From an uncultured Gemmatimonadaceae bacterium (GTDB lineage Bacteria > Gemmatimonadota > Gemmatimonadetes > Gemmatimonadales > Gemmatimonadaceae), in assembly GCA_963822945.1 (NCBI GenBank), contig CAWGJO010000021.1, positions 128,001-192,000 on the forward strand: 64,000 nucleotides of DNA. Direction: 5' to 3'. The notes under the pieces were generated by a model. The model searched no databases, was not told the origin of the DNA, and was given only the letters and a program-made list of their open reading frames with translations. Below are positions 36,239-46,515 of the stretch, piece by piece. Every line of letters begins with the position of its first letter. Positions within the stretch are counted from its first letter, which is position 1. Made by a program: the position numbers and the translations under genes.

Positions 36239-37544
36239 ATGAAGCTTCACATCTTTTCCGCGTTGACCCTGCTTTTGGCCACGGGCTGCGTGCTCGATCA
36301 GGATCTCGGCAAGAACGATCAAGGCGCGACGGGCACCGGCGCGGCGAACAGCGGCGGCGCCGCGGGCAGCGGCACGGGCGGCGCCAGCGGCAGTGGAACG
36401 GGCGGAACCGGAACCGGCGGAGCTGGAACCGGTGGCGTCGGCGGAGCTGGAACCGGTGGTGTCGGCGGAACCGGAACCGGCGGAACCGGCGGAACTGGAA
36501 CCGGTGGAACCGGAACCGGCGGAACCGGAACCGGCGGAACCGGTGGCGGCGGCACGGGCTACGACACCGTGGGCGTCACCTGGAAGCCTTCGGCCGTGCA
36601 CGTTGTGGGCAACGACGTGATGTGGTCCACCACCGGCGAGAACAATCCCGCCCGGCACGGCCATCGGCTTGCTCTTGCGCGAGCCGAAGACCAACACCTT
36701 CAAGAGCGGCTCGCCCATCCCGCAAGGCACGCAGGTCGGCTACATCCACGGCAGTGGGCGCACCTTCGTGGTGGACGGCTCGAGCGTGTTCGCCTGGTAC
36801 ACCGCCATCGATCTGGGCTGGAGCGGCGGCGGTGTCACCAAGCTCACGCTGCCCTCCGGTCCGGAAGAAGACTTCGTGGACGCGAAAGGACCGGGCGTGG
36901 CGGCCTACGTGGTGGGCGGCGATGAGATGGTCGCCACCGACGCGACGTACCTGTACTTCCCCTGCGACCAGTACTTCTTCGACGGCGGCATCTGTCGCTT
37001 CCCCAAGAGCGGTGGCACCGACCTGGAGCTGACCGCCAACACCAGCCCCGAGCTGATCGCCAGCATGGTCGTGACCGGCGGCTACGTGTACTGGATTCGA
37101 CCCGGCGGCTCGACGTTCCCGGGCCAGCTCCTGCGCGTGCCCGCAGGCAACTCGGCCGCGTCTCCCGAGACCGTAGCCGACGTGCCGGCCTACCCGCGCT
37201 CCCTGGTGGAAAGCGGCGGCGACCTGTACGTGCTCGGCCGCGAGGACGACAGCACCCTCAAAGTGCTGCGCTTCACCGGCGCCGCCGGCCCGGGGAAAGT
37301 GTTGGCAACGGGCACCGGCAACGCCGGGTCCCTGGCGGTGGACGGAACCAACGCCTACTTCGGCAACGCCACGGACCAGACCATCAGCTCCGTACCCGTC
37401 AGCGGCGGCACGCCCAAGGTGGTCGTGGATCTGTCCAAGAGCCAGTACTCCCTGGGCGACTTCGACGTGGACGGCCAGAACGTCTTCTTCCTGGCCCTGG
37501 GCACCGGCAACCTGGCGGACTTGGTGCAACGCGCACCGAAGTGA
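36239..37544 (+). CDS. Lipoprotein with GGTG linker and beta-propeller (DUF5050-like; frameshift ~36655)
   Basis: GGAGG RBS; lipobox ATGC; repeats DGSSVFAW, DATYLYF, GGYVYW, DGTNAYF, DGQNVFF. Confidence 0.75.
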
Positions 37545-37550
37545 GGGCGG

Positions 37551-38123
37551 TCAGGCGCGTTCGGGAAACAACGCGGCGAGCGGGATGGACAGTCCCTCGA
37601 ACGACGCGGGCTCGAACGCGCCTTCGCCGGCCGTCTGGGCGATGACGTAGCCCTCGGGCGTCAGCACCAAGCGCTCGACGATGCGCGCGTCGCGGTCGAC
37701 GAGCCAGTACTCCGGCACCCCGATGCTGGCGTACCAGGCGAGCTTGGTCACGCGATCGTAGCGGCGGCTCGAAGGCGAGATGACCTCGACGGCCAAGTCG
37801 GGGCGCCCTTCTTCCATCCCGAGATGACCGGCCTGCGCGGCGGTCTCGTGCGTCAGGAACTGCACGTCGGGCATCACGCCGCGCAGCTCCGAGATGCGGA
37901 CCTTGTAGCTCGAAGGCAGCACGACGCCGGCGTCTCGCGGCAGGACCCAAGCCTGCAGGTAGTAGACGAGCAGGCCGACAATCCGCTCGTGCTCGTAATC
38001 AGGCACCTCGACCTCCACCAGCCGACCGTCGATCAGCTCTCGCAGGTCGTCGGTGTCGAGCCGGATGAACTCGTCCCAGTGGACGAGGGGGTCGGCGGCT
38101 GCCCCCGCATCGGTCATGCTCAT
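37551..38123 (-). CDS. Uma2 (DUF820) family putative endonuclease
   Basis: ELIDG, HERI, MPDV, PDLAVEVISPS...DRVTK..WY...GVPEYWLVD. Confidence 0.92.
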   Translation of the reverse strand: MSMTDAGAAADPLVHWDEFIRLDTDDLRELIDGRLVEVEVPDYEHERIVGLLVYYLQAWVLPRDAGVVLPSSYKVRISELRGVMPDVQFLTHETAAQAGHLGMEEGRPDLAVEVISPSSRRYDRVTKLAWYASIGVPEYWLVDRDARIVERLVLTPEGYVIAQTAGEGAFEPASFEGLSIPLAALFPERA

Positions 38124-38262
38124 AGCGTAGCTCCGCAGGCTGGGTGGGCAAAGCGCCCGGGTATCGACCACCAGACGTCGTGGTTGCGCGTGGCCGCCCG
38201 CGCACGGCTCACGCCGCCTACCGGTTCTTGGACTCGTCGTAAGATAGCGGCGATTTTCGTCG

Positions 38263-39861
38263 TCACTTGGGTGCGTCGCACAGGTGGGGGCCGAGGACGC
38301 GAGCGTACAGGGCGCGCGCAGCTCCACTGCCTTGCGCCCACACGATGGCGTAACCCGCAGCCCCGCGTGCCATGCCGGCGCTGCGTTCTGGCTCGACTAG
38401 CTCGGCGCCTGCTGCCACATCGTGACTGTCGATGAAGCTACAGTCCGCACCGAAGCGCGCCAAGCGCAAGGCGGCACCGCCGCCGACGCCGTCCTGGAAC
38501 AGCACGAGGGTGCGCTCCTCGTTTGGAACCACGGACTGCGGACGGAGATCGCTGCCCACCTCGGACGAGCCGACATCCACCGGGCCACAGACCGTGGAGC
38601 CGGCAGGATCTTGCGAAACGTACCGCGCGGCTGGGCCCCGGCGCCAAACGAGTTGAAAGACCGCGCCACCGTCCCCGATTCTCGGCTGCGAATTGACGGG
38701 CGGCGGCGTGGCGATGTCCCCTTCGCTCAACACCGACAGTGCCGCGTCCGTGCGACCGAAGCCGATAGTGTCGAGCTCGGGTGAAGTCGACGGTCGGAAG
38801 TCCCAGACCACATCCAGCGTGCCTCCGGCGAAGGCTGAATAGGGTGCGCCGGCCAGGCCGCTGGTATTGCTGCTCAGAGTCGTCTCGGCGCTCACCGTGC
38901 CCGTGGCGGACACGCTGACGCCGCGGATCGAGCGACCTCCGCTGAACGAGCGGTCGTACGTGACCAGCCAGTGGGAGCCGGTCCAAGCCACGTTGGGCCA
39001 CCCGTCTTGCGCAGCCGAAAGCGGGATACTCCCCCCTAGCGGCGCGCCGGCCGCGCTGATGCGTTGCATCCCACCAGCAAATGCCACCAAGAACTCGTTG
39101 CCGTTGTAGGCGATGGTCGGGCGACTGCCGGTCGTGGAGATCGCAGCAGGTGTCGTCGTGAGGTTGCCGCCGGCATTCATCAGAGCAAAGTAGATCCGCG
39201 GTGCGCCGTCGCGTTCGTCCGTCCAAGCCAGGCCGTAGCTATCCGATCCCCAGGCGATGGCAGGTTGATACGCACCGGCCGGGGAGCTGACGACGAGCTG
39301 TGCATCGCCGTACAGCGGCAAGCCGTCCTGAAGATCGTCCTTGCCGTCGCAGTCGTCGTCCAGGCCGTTGCACGTTTCCGCTGCGCCGGGGTAAACGTCG
39401 GCGTTGGCGTCGTCGCAGTCGTCCCCGGGGAGAGTACCCGGAGTCGTCGCTGAGCACTTCGCGTCTCCGTGGCCATCTCCATCGTCGTCGCTCCCCCGGA
39501 CGACGCATCCCTTCGGCTCATAGTGGCTCTGGCACTGCACCGAGCAGTGCACTGCATTCGGGTTGACGCATTCCTCGGGCGTACCGGGCTGACATGCGAA
39601 GCCATTGCAGGTCTCCACGCCGTCGCATTCGACGCCGTTGTCACACTGGTCGTCGCTGTAGCACATCGGCAAGACGCCGGCGCCGCCGCCGCTGCCCGGA
39701 AACCCGCCGAGGCCACTGGTTCCGCCAACCCCCGAATCTCCGGTATCACCACCGCTGCCGGAGCTGGAAGACTCGTCGCCAGAGCACGACGGCAATAGCG
39801 AAAAGCTGAGCGTAACCAGCCCTGCAATCGTGAGCCGCCCGACAATTCGCCTGCCCCGCAC
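38263..39861 (-). CDS. Lipoprotein with Cys-rich/MopE-like putative metal-binding motif and propeller-like C-domain
   Basis: Lipobox LPSC; CDGVETC; DDDGDGHG; DDCDDANADVYPGAAETCNGLDDDCDG; repeated IAW/YGLAW blades. Confidence 0.75.
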   Translation of the reverse strand: MRGRRIVGRLTIAGLVTLSFSLLPSCSGDESSSSGSGGDTGDSGVGGTSGLGGFPGSGGGAGVLPMCYSDDQCDNGVECDGVETCNGFACQPGTPEECVNPNAVHCSVQCQSHYEPKGCVVRGSDDDGDGHGDAKCSATTPGTLPGDDCDDANADVYPGAAETCNGLDDDCDGKDDLQDGLPLYGDAQLVVSSPAGAYQPAIAWGSDSYGLAWTDERDGAPRIYFALMNAGGNLTTTPAAISTTGSRPTIAYNGNEFLVAFAGGMQRISAAGAPLGGSIPLSAAQDGWPNVAWTGSHWLVTYDRSFSGGRSIRGVSVSATGTVSAETTLSSNTSGLAGAPYSAFAGGTLDVVWDFRPSTSPELDTIGFGRTDAALSVLSEGDIATPPPVNSQPRIGDGGAVFQLVWRRGPAARYVSQDPAGSTVCGPVDVGSSEVGSDLRPQSVVPNEERTLVLFQDGVGGGAALRLARFGADCSFIDSHDVAAGAELVEPERSAGMARGAAGYAIVWAQGSGAARALYARVLGPHLCDAPK

Positions 39862-39953
39862 CTACACCTCCACCCCCGACTTCCTTCAGGATACGCGTTC
39901 GGCCGAGCGCGATCCACCACCGCCCGGTGTGCCGCCGCGGTTCACGACTTCCG

Positions 39954-41126
39954 TCATGTCGCCGCGAGCATCCGGCGCGCGATCACGATGCGCTGGATCT
40001 CGCTGGTGCCTTCGTAGATGCGGGTCACGCGCACGTCGCGGTACAGCCGCTCCACCAGGTACTCCTGGGAGTATCCGTAACCGCCGTGGAGCTGCACCAT
40101 CTTGTCGATCACGCGACCCGCGGTTTCGCTCGCGAACAGCTTGGCCATGCTGGTTTCCGCCACGGCGCGGTCGCCACTGTCGAGCAAGTGTGCGGCCCGC
40201 AGGGTGAGCAGCCAGGCGGCGTCCAGCTCGGCGCGACAGTCCGCCAGCACGAATTGCGTGTTCTGAAAGTCCGTGAGCGTCTTGCCGAAAGCGCGGCGCT
40301 CGCGGGCGTACTCCAGTCCGGCGGCGAGGGCGGCTTCGGCCAGTCCGATGGACAACGCCGCAATCCCGGCTCGACCGGCGCCCAGGGCGGACAGCGCGAC
40401 CGCGTAACCTGCACCGCGGGCGCCGATCAGGTTCTCTTCGGGAATGCGGCAACCGTCGAAATGCAACGCGACGGTGCCCGAAGCGCGCTGCCCCATCTTG
40501 TGCTCTTCCTTGCCGATCTCGAGGCCGGGCGTGCCGCGCTCGACCACGAAACAGCTGATGCCTTCCTTGCCGGGCCCGTCGCTGCGCGCGAACACCAGAT
40601 GCAACCCCGCGTGGGCACCGCTCGTGATCCACATCTTGGAGCCGTCCAAGATCCAGTGCTTGCCATCGAGCCGCGCGGTGGTGGTGATCGCCGCGGCGTC
40701 CGACCCACCGGCGGGCTCACTCAAGGCGAAGCTCACGGGACCGAGCTTGCCCTCGGCATAGGGCGTCAGCCAACGTTCCTTCTGCGCAGCGGTGGCGTGG
40801 TCCGCCAAAATCTTGGTGCTCAAGTTGCTGGAAGCCAGCACCACCGCCGTCGACGCGCAGGCCTCGGAGATGGCCTCCATGGCCAGCGCGTAGCCCACGT
40901 TGTCGATGCCGGCGCCGCCGTCGCTCACGGGTACCTTCATCGCGAGCAGGCCCAGCGTCGCCAGCTCCTGCAGCTGTTCGATGGGGAAGCGGCCGCTCTT
41001 GTCCCGTTCTTGGGCGCCCGGGGCCAGGCGCCGGCGCGCGAATTCGTGCGCCGTGTGCTGCACCATGCGCTGCTCTTCGGACAGCGGAAAGGCGAATCGC
41101 GTGATCCGCCCGAGCGTGTCGGTCAT
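39954..41126 (-). CDS. Acyl-CoA dehydrogenase
   Basis: FALSEPAGGSDA, GSKMWITSG, EHKMGQRAS, RAFGK.L..FQ, QLHGGYGY, IYEGTSEIQR. Confidence 0.95.
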   Translation of the reverse strand: MTDTLGRITRFAFPLSEEQRMVQHTAHEFARRRLAPGAQERDKSGRFPIEQLQELATLGLLAMKVPVSDGGAGIDNVGYALAMEAISEACASTAVVLASSNLSTKILADHATAAQKERWLTPYAEGKLGPVSFALSEPAGGSDAAAITTTARLDGKHWILDGSKMWITSGAHAGLHLVFARSDGPGKEGISCFVVERGTPGLEIGKEEHKMGQRASGTVALHFDGCRIPEENLIGARGAGYAVALSALGAGRAGIAALSIGLAEAALAAGLEYARERRAFGKTLTDFQNTQFVLADCRAELDAAWLLTLRAAHLLDSGDRAVAETSMAKLFASETAGRVIDKMVQLHGGYGYSQEYLVERLYRDVRVTRIYEGTSEIQRIVIARRMLAAT

Positions 41127-41199
41127 CTTCGTCCTCCTCGGTTTCGCTGATGAACTGTCACGGCGGACGACGACTTGGAAGGCCGTCCGGAGCGAAACT

Positions 41200-41216
41200 T
41201 GACAGGGTCCCTGTCA
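41200..41216. promoter_or_regulatory. Putative MarR operator overlapping TTGACA
   Basis: TGACAGGG-T-CCCTGTCA inverted repeat between divergent ACAD and marR; TTGACA at 41199-41204. Confidence 0.7.
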
Positions 41217-41232
41217 TATTCCACGGTGCCCC

Positions 41233-41721
41233 ATGGCCACCCGCGCGCCGCGTCGCTTGCGCAAACCCCACGTCCGCGGCGAGCTCCGCGGCGTGGTCGA
41301 CGAAACCATCGGCTTGTTCCACCGCCTGCGTTTCGTGGCAGAAGAGATTTACGGCGAGGACGGCCGCTCCACCGCACGCCGCGGCGTGCTGCGCGGCCTG
41401 ACGCGCTACGGCGCGCAGACGGTGCCGGCCCTGGCCCGCGCGCGCTCCGTCACACGGCAGAGCTTGCAGCCCGTGGTGGACGCTCTGGTCCGGGACGGCC
41501 TGGCAGAGCTGTTGGAAAACCCACGCCACGCTCGCTCCGCGCTGGCGCGCGCCACGCCCAAAGGGCAGCGCCTGGTGCGCGACTGGGACGCCATCGACGA
41601 CCGCGTGCTTTCCGCCATCGGCCGCGGCCTGTCCAAGGAAGATCTCCGCATCACGCTGCAGACGCTCATCACCCTGCGTGAGCGCTTCGAGACGAGCATG
41701 CGCTGGCGCCCGGTGTTGTAG
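41233..41721 (+). CDS. MarR family regulator
   Basis: TVPALAR.RSVTRQSLQ.VVD.L...GL....NP.H.RS.L...TPKG winged HTH. Confidence 0.88.
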   Translation: MATRAPRRLRKPHVRGELRGVVDETIGLFHRLRFVAEEIYGEDGRSTARRGVLRGLTRYGAQTVPALARARSVTRQSLQPVVDALVRDGLAELLENPRHARSALARATPKGQRLVRDWDAIDDRVLSAIGRGLSKEDLRITLQTLITLRERFETSMRWRPVL

Positions 41722-41910
41722 CGGTTGGCCGATTTTGCTGGTCCGGCGCGATCTTGGCCCGTGCCGTCACTCCCGCAGCTGCCGGGTTATGCTCAGTCCG
41801 TGGTGGCGCGGCTGGTGGATGTCGAGACGGGAAAGGAGTGGGAGCGACGTGCTCGGCTTCGGCAAAACGTTCCTACGGTTCGAAACGGATGGCGAGGGGC
41901 CCGACTCGCC

Positions 41911-43189
41911 ATGAGACAGAAAGCGTTGCTTCTCGCCATTGGACTGGCGGCGACGGCTTGCGAGCGGTCGGGAACGGAGCAAGCGTCGCGCGCGGAACCG
42001 TCGAGCGCGGCGCCGCCCCAGGTGATGCTCGAGCTGCCGCCCTCGGGCACCGGCAAGGCCAAACCGATCGGCCCGTTTTACATTGCGCGCCAGTCGGACG
42101 TCATTGCGACCGCCACCATCGGCCCCAAGCTGACGTTCGAAGGCCGACCGGCGGTGCGTCTCCACCTCGCGCGCGTCCTGTACGGCCGGGTCGCCTCTCG
42201 GAGCGTGTCATCGTCGGACGAGCTGCCGAGCTACGGCTGCTTTCCGCCGGAGAAGCCAACTCTGGCGTCGAGCCTGTTCTCTCCAGGGGCCAAGGTCATC
42301 GTGTACCTCGCAAGCAAACCCGCGAAGGGCTTTGCCTTGCGCAGCATCGAACGACTGCCGGCGAGCGGACCGAACCCGGAGCTCCTCCGCTACGCGGAGG
42401 CACGGCGACTGAGGGAGTCCCCGAAAGCGTCGTCAGCGGACTACCGGCGCCTGCTTGCTAACGAGACGTGGAAGTACGGAAGCGGTGCGCTCGCGGCACT
42501 CGGCGGTGATGCCCGCGCCGTGCCGGTGTTGCTCGAGCATCTCGAAGCCTGCGGCGACGCGAAGCCGCTTCCGGGAGCGGCTGTCTTCGGGCGGGTCTCC
42601 ACAATCCTGCAGCTGATGCCGAGCGAAGAGTTGCATCGAGGGATTCGAGCCAGCGCTCCACTGCGTCGAGAACGCACCCCCGGACCAGCGAGGCATCGAC
42701 ATCGACGCCGCCCTCGTAGGCGCCTGGCAGAACGCGGACGAGCACGAGCTCGCCCTGCTGAAGGCCTATGCGCGGAAGCGCTTCGACAAAGTGCCCGTCG
42801 AAGACCTCCGCTACCCGCGTGCTCTCCGCCTCTACACGGGCGCGTACGGAGCGAGCGCTCTCCCGCGGCTCGGCCGCGCGCTGCACAAGATCGCCAATGT
42901 GCTCAACGACCATCCCACGGACGGCATCGGTCTTCACGCTCAGCAAACGGTGGAAGACATGGTCGCTCACTGGTCGTCGCTCACGCCTGCCCAGCGCCGG
43001 ACGACCGAGCAGAGCTGGCGCGCTTTCCTCCACGCTCTCAAACCGGGCGACGACCCGGCCCGCCGCTGCGAAACCATCGTGCGTCCCGTCCTGACGAAGA
43101 TGTCGATGGCGCGCGTCAGCCCATCGCTGCGCGATGCCCTACGAAAGCCCAAGCTCCTGGTCGCGTTCTGCAACGAGACCGACGACTGA
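41911..43189 (+). CDS. Hypothetical lipoprotein with helical (HEAT-like) C-terminus; frameshifted
   Basis: Lipobox ATAC after ATG 41911; DARAVPVLLEHL; continues into ORF 42791-43189. Confidence 0.5.
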
Positions 43190-43220
43190 AGCGAGGCGTG
43201 GCTTCCCGCCGCGTCGTCGG

Positions 43221-43955
43221 TCAGCCGAGCCAAGAGCAAGCATCTGCGAGCTTCTGCCGCGCGTCTTGAAGCGGCGCGCCGTGGCCCACGATCAATCGTT
43301 CGAACGGCAGTTCGAGGAGGCGTTCGACACTGCTCTTCATCTTGCTGCGATCCGAAACGCCGGTCCAGCGGATCATTCGGCTCAGCGCCACGCGATCGTA
43401 GAAGCCCATCGCGCGAGTGTAGAGCTTGGTCCACGCGTGCGTGGGTTGTCCGATGTTGTGCACCAGATCGGCGACGATCAGCGTTCGCGACGGCCGGTGG
43501 AAGAGCACGGTCTCGTCGAGGCGAAACCCCGCGATGGCGAGCTCGTCCACGAAACCGTCGAAAGCCGACTCTGGCTCGGCACCCAAAATGCGATCGATGC
43601 GCACATCGGGACGCTTCTGCGACAATCCCGCGGGAGCGTGCACTCGCGCGTCGGGGAAAGCGGCAGCCCACGTGCCCAGATGAAGATGATGAAAAAGATT
43701 GGGAGCGTAGAGGTGCGTCACGCCACCCAGCTCCTTCAGCCCTGTGCGAAGCTCGTCACTCATCGGCACCGGTGAATGAACGACTGCGCCGCCCGTGCCA
43801 AGCCGGAGCACTGTCATCGTCGAGGTCAAGCGCAGCCCGAGGAAACCGACCGGCGCTTGCGCGATCCACACACCCTCCGCCACCGGGGTGAGCCTGTTTG
43901 CCGTCGCGGCCGCGGTGCCCGGCTCCGGCACCGCTGACGCACTCTCCATCGCCAT
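43221..43955 (-). CDS. DUF4336 family (metallo-beta-lactamase-like) protein
   Basis: TMTVLRL..G..VVHSP, APNLFHHLHL..W, ETVLFHRPSRTLIVAD, RLIVGHG. Confidence 0.88.
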   Translation of the reverse strand: MAMESASAVPEPGTAAATANRLTPVAEGVWIAQAPVGFLGLRLTSTMTVLRLGTGGAVVHSPVPMSDELRTGLKELGGVTHLYAPNLFHHLHLGTWAAAFPDARVHAPAGLSQKRPDVRIDRILGAEPESAFDGFVDELAIAGFRLDETVLFHRPSRTLIVADLVHNIGQPTHAWTKLYTRAMGFYDRVALSRMIRWTGVSDRSKMKSSVERLLELPFERLIVGHGAPLQDARQKLADACSWLG

Positions 43956-43980
43956 GCCCGCAAGCATGCGGCGGCCCCAT

Positions 43981-44008
43981 CAATTAGTCAAGCGCGCTTG
44001 ACTAATTG
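43981..44008. promoter_or_regulatory. Perfect 28-bp palindrome, putative MarR operator with back-to-back -35 boxes
   Basis: CAATTAGTCAAGCG-CGCTTGACTAATTG; TTGACT on both strands. Confidence 0.8.
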
Positions 44009-44031
44009 TCTCTCTGAGGCAATATGAGCGC

Positions 44032-44496
44032 GTGAAGGCTTCCGACGACGCTCTCGAGGCACGCAAACGCAAGAGCACCGCGCAGCTTCTGTTCAAGTGC
44101 GCACGCCTCGTCAACGAGCGCGCGATCGCGCGGCTCCGCTCCGAGACCGGGCTGCCCGTGCGCGTGGCACACACGCTGCTGTTCCCTCACGTCGACTTCG
44201 AAGGTGTCCGCCTGACGGCGCTTGCGGAAAAGCTCGGCGTTTCCAAGCAAGCCGTAGGGCAGCTCGTGGACGAGCTGGAGCAAATGGGCGCGCTGGAGCG
44301 CGTCGCGGACCCGCGTGACGGGCGCGCGAAGCTAATTCGCTTTAGCACTCGCGGCCGCGAGGGGATTTTCCACGGGTTGGGGGTGCTCGCAGAAATCGAA
44401 AGTGAGCTGGAGCGTGCCATCGGCACGAAACGATTCACGGAGCTCAACCGCGCGCTGCTACTCTTGGTGGATCATCTGGAGCTTACCAGCGACTGA
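44032..44496 (+). CDS. MarR family regulator
   Basis: GVRLTALAEKLGVSKQAVGQLVDELE..G.LERV.DP.DGRAKLI.F..RG. Confidence 0.92.
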   Translation: MKASDDALEARKRKSTAQLLFKCARLVNERAIARLRSETGLPVRVAHTLLFPHVDFEGVRLTALAEKLGVSKQAVGQLVDELEQMGALERVADPRDGRAKLIRFSTRGREGIFHGLGVLAEIESELERAIGTKRFTELNRALLLLVDHLELTSD

Positions 44497-44557
44497 CCCC
44501 GAGCTCGTTCGCCACAATCGCGGCCTTCAACGGGCCCGACTAGCCATGGCCGCCGCT

Positions 44558-45163
44558 TCAGCCGGCGTCGCAGTGGACGGCCGCGGCTTGCATCCAATCC
44601 GTGTCGGAACAGCTGCCCACTACGGTGAAGCCGCCGCCGGCCTTGGGCCCCGAGGTGCAGGTGCAGCTGAGGGACGGGTCCGGCGATGCCGTGGGGGTGC
44701 AGCTCACGTCGAATTGCTGGCTGCCGGTGCACGACGCCTGGCACTCGCTGCCCACGGCGCTGCCCACCACGCAGTCTCCGGAGCCGCAGTCCTCGTAGGC
44801 CTGGTTCGCGGAGGCACACGCCGGATCGAGCTCCGGCTGGCCGTCCACGCAGACCATCGGATGCGCCACTGTGCAGTCGAGGATGGCCTTGAACTCACTG
44901 GCGCAGCCTTGCTTCAGCGCCTCCGCCGCCGACTCCGTGGCATCGGCCACGCAGTAGTCGATCTTGCACGGGAGCTGGTCGACCTTGGCGCAGATCTGCT
45001 CGATCTCCGCCAGAGGGATGGAGCTTCCGCCGCCACCACCCCCACCCCCCGTCGCGCCGCTGCCGCCCTGCCCCGCAGCGCCGCCGCCATCCGACGAGCC
45101 ACCGCACGCTGCGAACGTGCAAGCGACGATCCCAATGCTTCCGAGTCGTCCAAGCCAGCCCAT
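44558..45163 (-). CDS. Cys-rich lipoprotein (16 Cys), paralog A
   Basis: GGGAGG RBS; lipobox FAAC; Gly linker; paralog at 59560-60166. Confidence 0.8.
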   Translation of the reverse strand: MGWLGRLGSIGIVACTFAACGGSSDGGGAAGQGGSGATGGGGGGGGSSIPLAEIEQICAKVDQLPCKIDYCVADATESAAEALKQGCASEFKAILDCTVAHPMVCVDGQPELDPACASANQAYEDCGSGDCVVGSAVGSECQASCTGSQQFDVSCTPTASPDPSLSCTCTSGPKAGGGFTVVGSCSDTDWMQAAAVHCDAG

Positions 45164-45244
45164 GAATGCCTCCCGCTGACTGGCCATGCCACACAACCGC
45201 GCGACCGAGCCAGCACGCGCGTCGAGAGGCTGACTGATGGGTGG

Positions 45245-45702
45245 CTACATCCTCGTGGCGCCTGCGAGCATGCCCGCGTGCGCGCGGTCTTGCTTCTCCA
45301 GCGAGGCGAACAGGGCGACGAACCCGGCCGGCATGCCGGTCACCAGGGCGCCGACGTGCACGCTTGCGAGACGCCTCTCCATGGCCACGGCAAGGCGAAA
45401 CGCCTCCTCGACCGACGGCGGAGCAGCCCGCACGCTCTCCAGGGTGTCCTTCGCGTCGGCGAGCAACTGCGACAGATCGGCAACTTGCGCAGCGACCTCC
45501 CGCATGTTGTTGCGGTCATTCATGTAGGCCGACGCAAACATGCGAATGCGCGCCGCGTGCTGGAGCTCCTCTCGGTGGAGCTGGCGAAGGAGTCTTGCGC
45601 GTCCCCCGGGTCGGAGGCGCCATCCGCCAGCAGTAGGTAGATGTCGGACATTACTTCTTCGATCTGCTCGGCCTTCTCGAAGAGCGAATACAAGCTTTCC
45701 AT
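45245..45702 (-). CDS. Ferritin/rubrerythrin-like four-helix protein (frameshift ~45590)
   Basis: A..IE..MSDIY, LHREELQHA, A...A..ME, L...D..H di-metal-type pattern. Confidence 0.6.
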
Positions 45703-45810
45703 TGCCGCTTGCCTTCCGGCTTCCGGCGCACGTGCCGACTGCCAGACTTACCAACGGCCGCAGGCGCCAATTCTTGAGCGACCGCTGGCTACGACGAACG
45801 CGGGATCGAT

Positions 45811-46419
45811 CTACGGAGCCTGGGGTGTGCAGGAGCCATGCGGCGACGTAGTTCCGCACATGCTGCAGCTCGGCCCCAATCCGGAGCTCGGCACGCAGGC
45901 CACATCGACGATTTCAACCAACCCAGAAGACCCGCCGGGGACGCCTTGGCGATGAACCAACATCTCGTATCGCTTGCGCACCACCGGACGCTCGGAGCCT
46001 GTTGCGTAGTAGCACACGTCCCAGCGGGGGTTGGGCGCGGGCAAAGCGTGTTGGCAGATGTCGATCTCGAAGCTCAAGCGGTAGTCCGCATCGAATTGAG
46101 CAGCCGCCACCCGCTTTGCTCGCACGAGAAGCAGGTGTGCGTCCTGCATGGGGTAGGTTTGAGACCGCTGGGTGAGCGTGCCCGAAGGTGCCGCCAGGTC
46201 GAAACGCAGCTTCAGCGCCCACTCGGCGTTGCGCGCGACAACTTCGCTTTGTGGCAAATCGACCGCGGGCGCACCCGATGGCGCCGGACCCGTCTGCGGC
46301 TTGCGCGTGGGCGCCAGAGCAACTGGCGCGTCACTGCCTCCGGGACTTGCAACGGCTCCGAGGTTGCGACTGCAGGCAACGCACAGAACGACGGCAAGCG
46401 CCATCTCCCACCGCGCCAT
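45811..46419 (-). CDS. Hypothetical lipoprotein
   Basis: Hydrophobic stretch with lipobox-like CVAC; Pro-rich N-region. Confidence 0.4.
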   Translation of the reverse strand: MARWEMALAVVLCVACSRNLGAVASPGGSDAPVALAPTRKPQTGPAPSGAPAVDLPQSEVVARNAEWALKLRFDLAAPSGTLTQRSQTYPMQDAHLLLVRAKRVAAAQFDADYRLSFEIDICQHALPAPNPRWDVCYYATGSERPVVRKRYEMLVHRQGVPGGSSGLVEIVDVACVPSSGLGPSCSMCGTTSPHGSCTPQAP

Positions 46420-46515
46420 ACGAGCGAACGCTAACACAGCTGTCTCCGCACCCAACACACTGCGTGTACAATGCGCGGAACCATCGCACCTGGGCTGATG
46501 CTGAAGGAATTCCTC

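Noticed and set aside
36320..36560. GGAACCGGC repeat array
   Set aside because: Encodes the GGTG linker of a lipoprotein
37551..38123. Uma2 nuclease as part of a defence island
   Set aside because: Solitary, with no methylase, toxin partner or other defence genes nearby; this family is commonly scattered in such genomes
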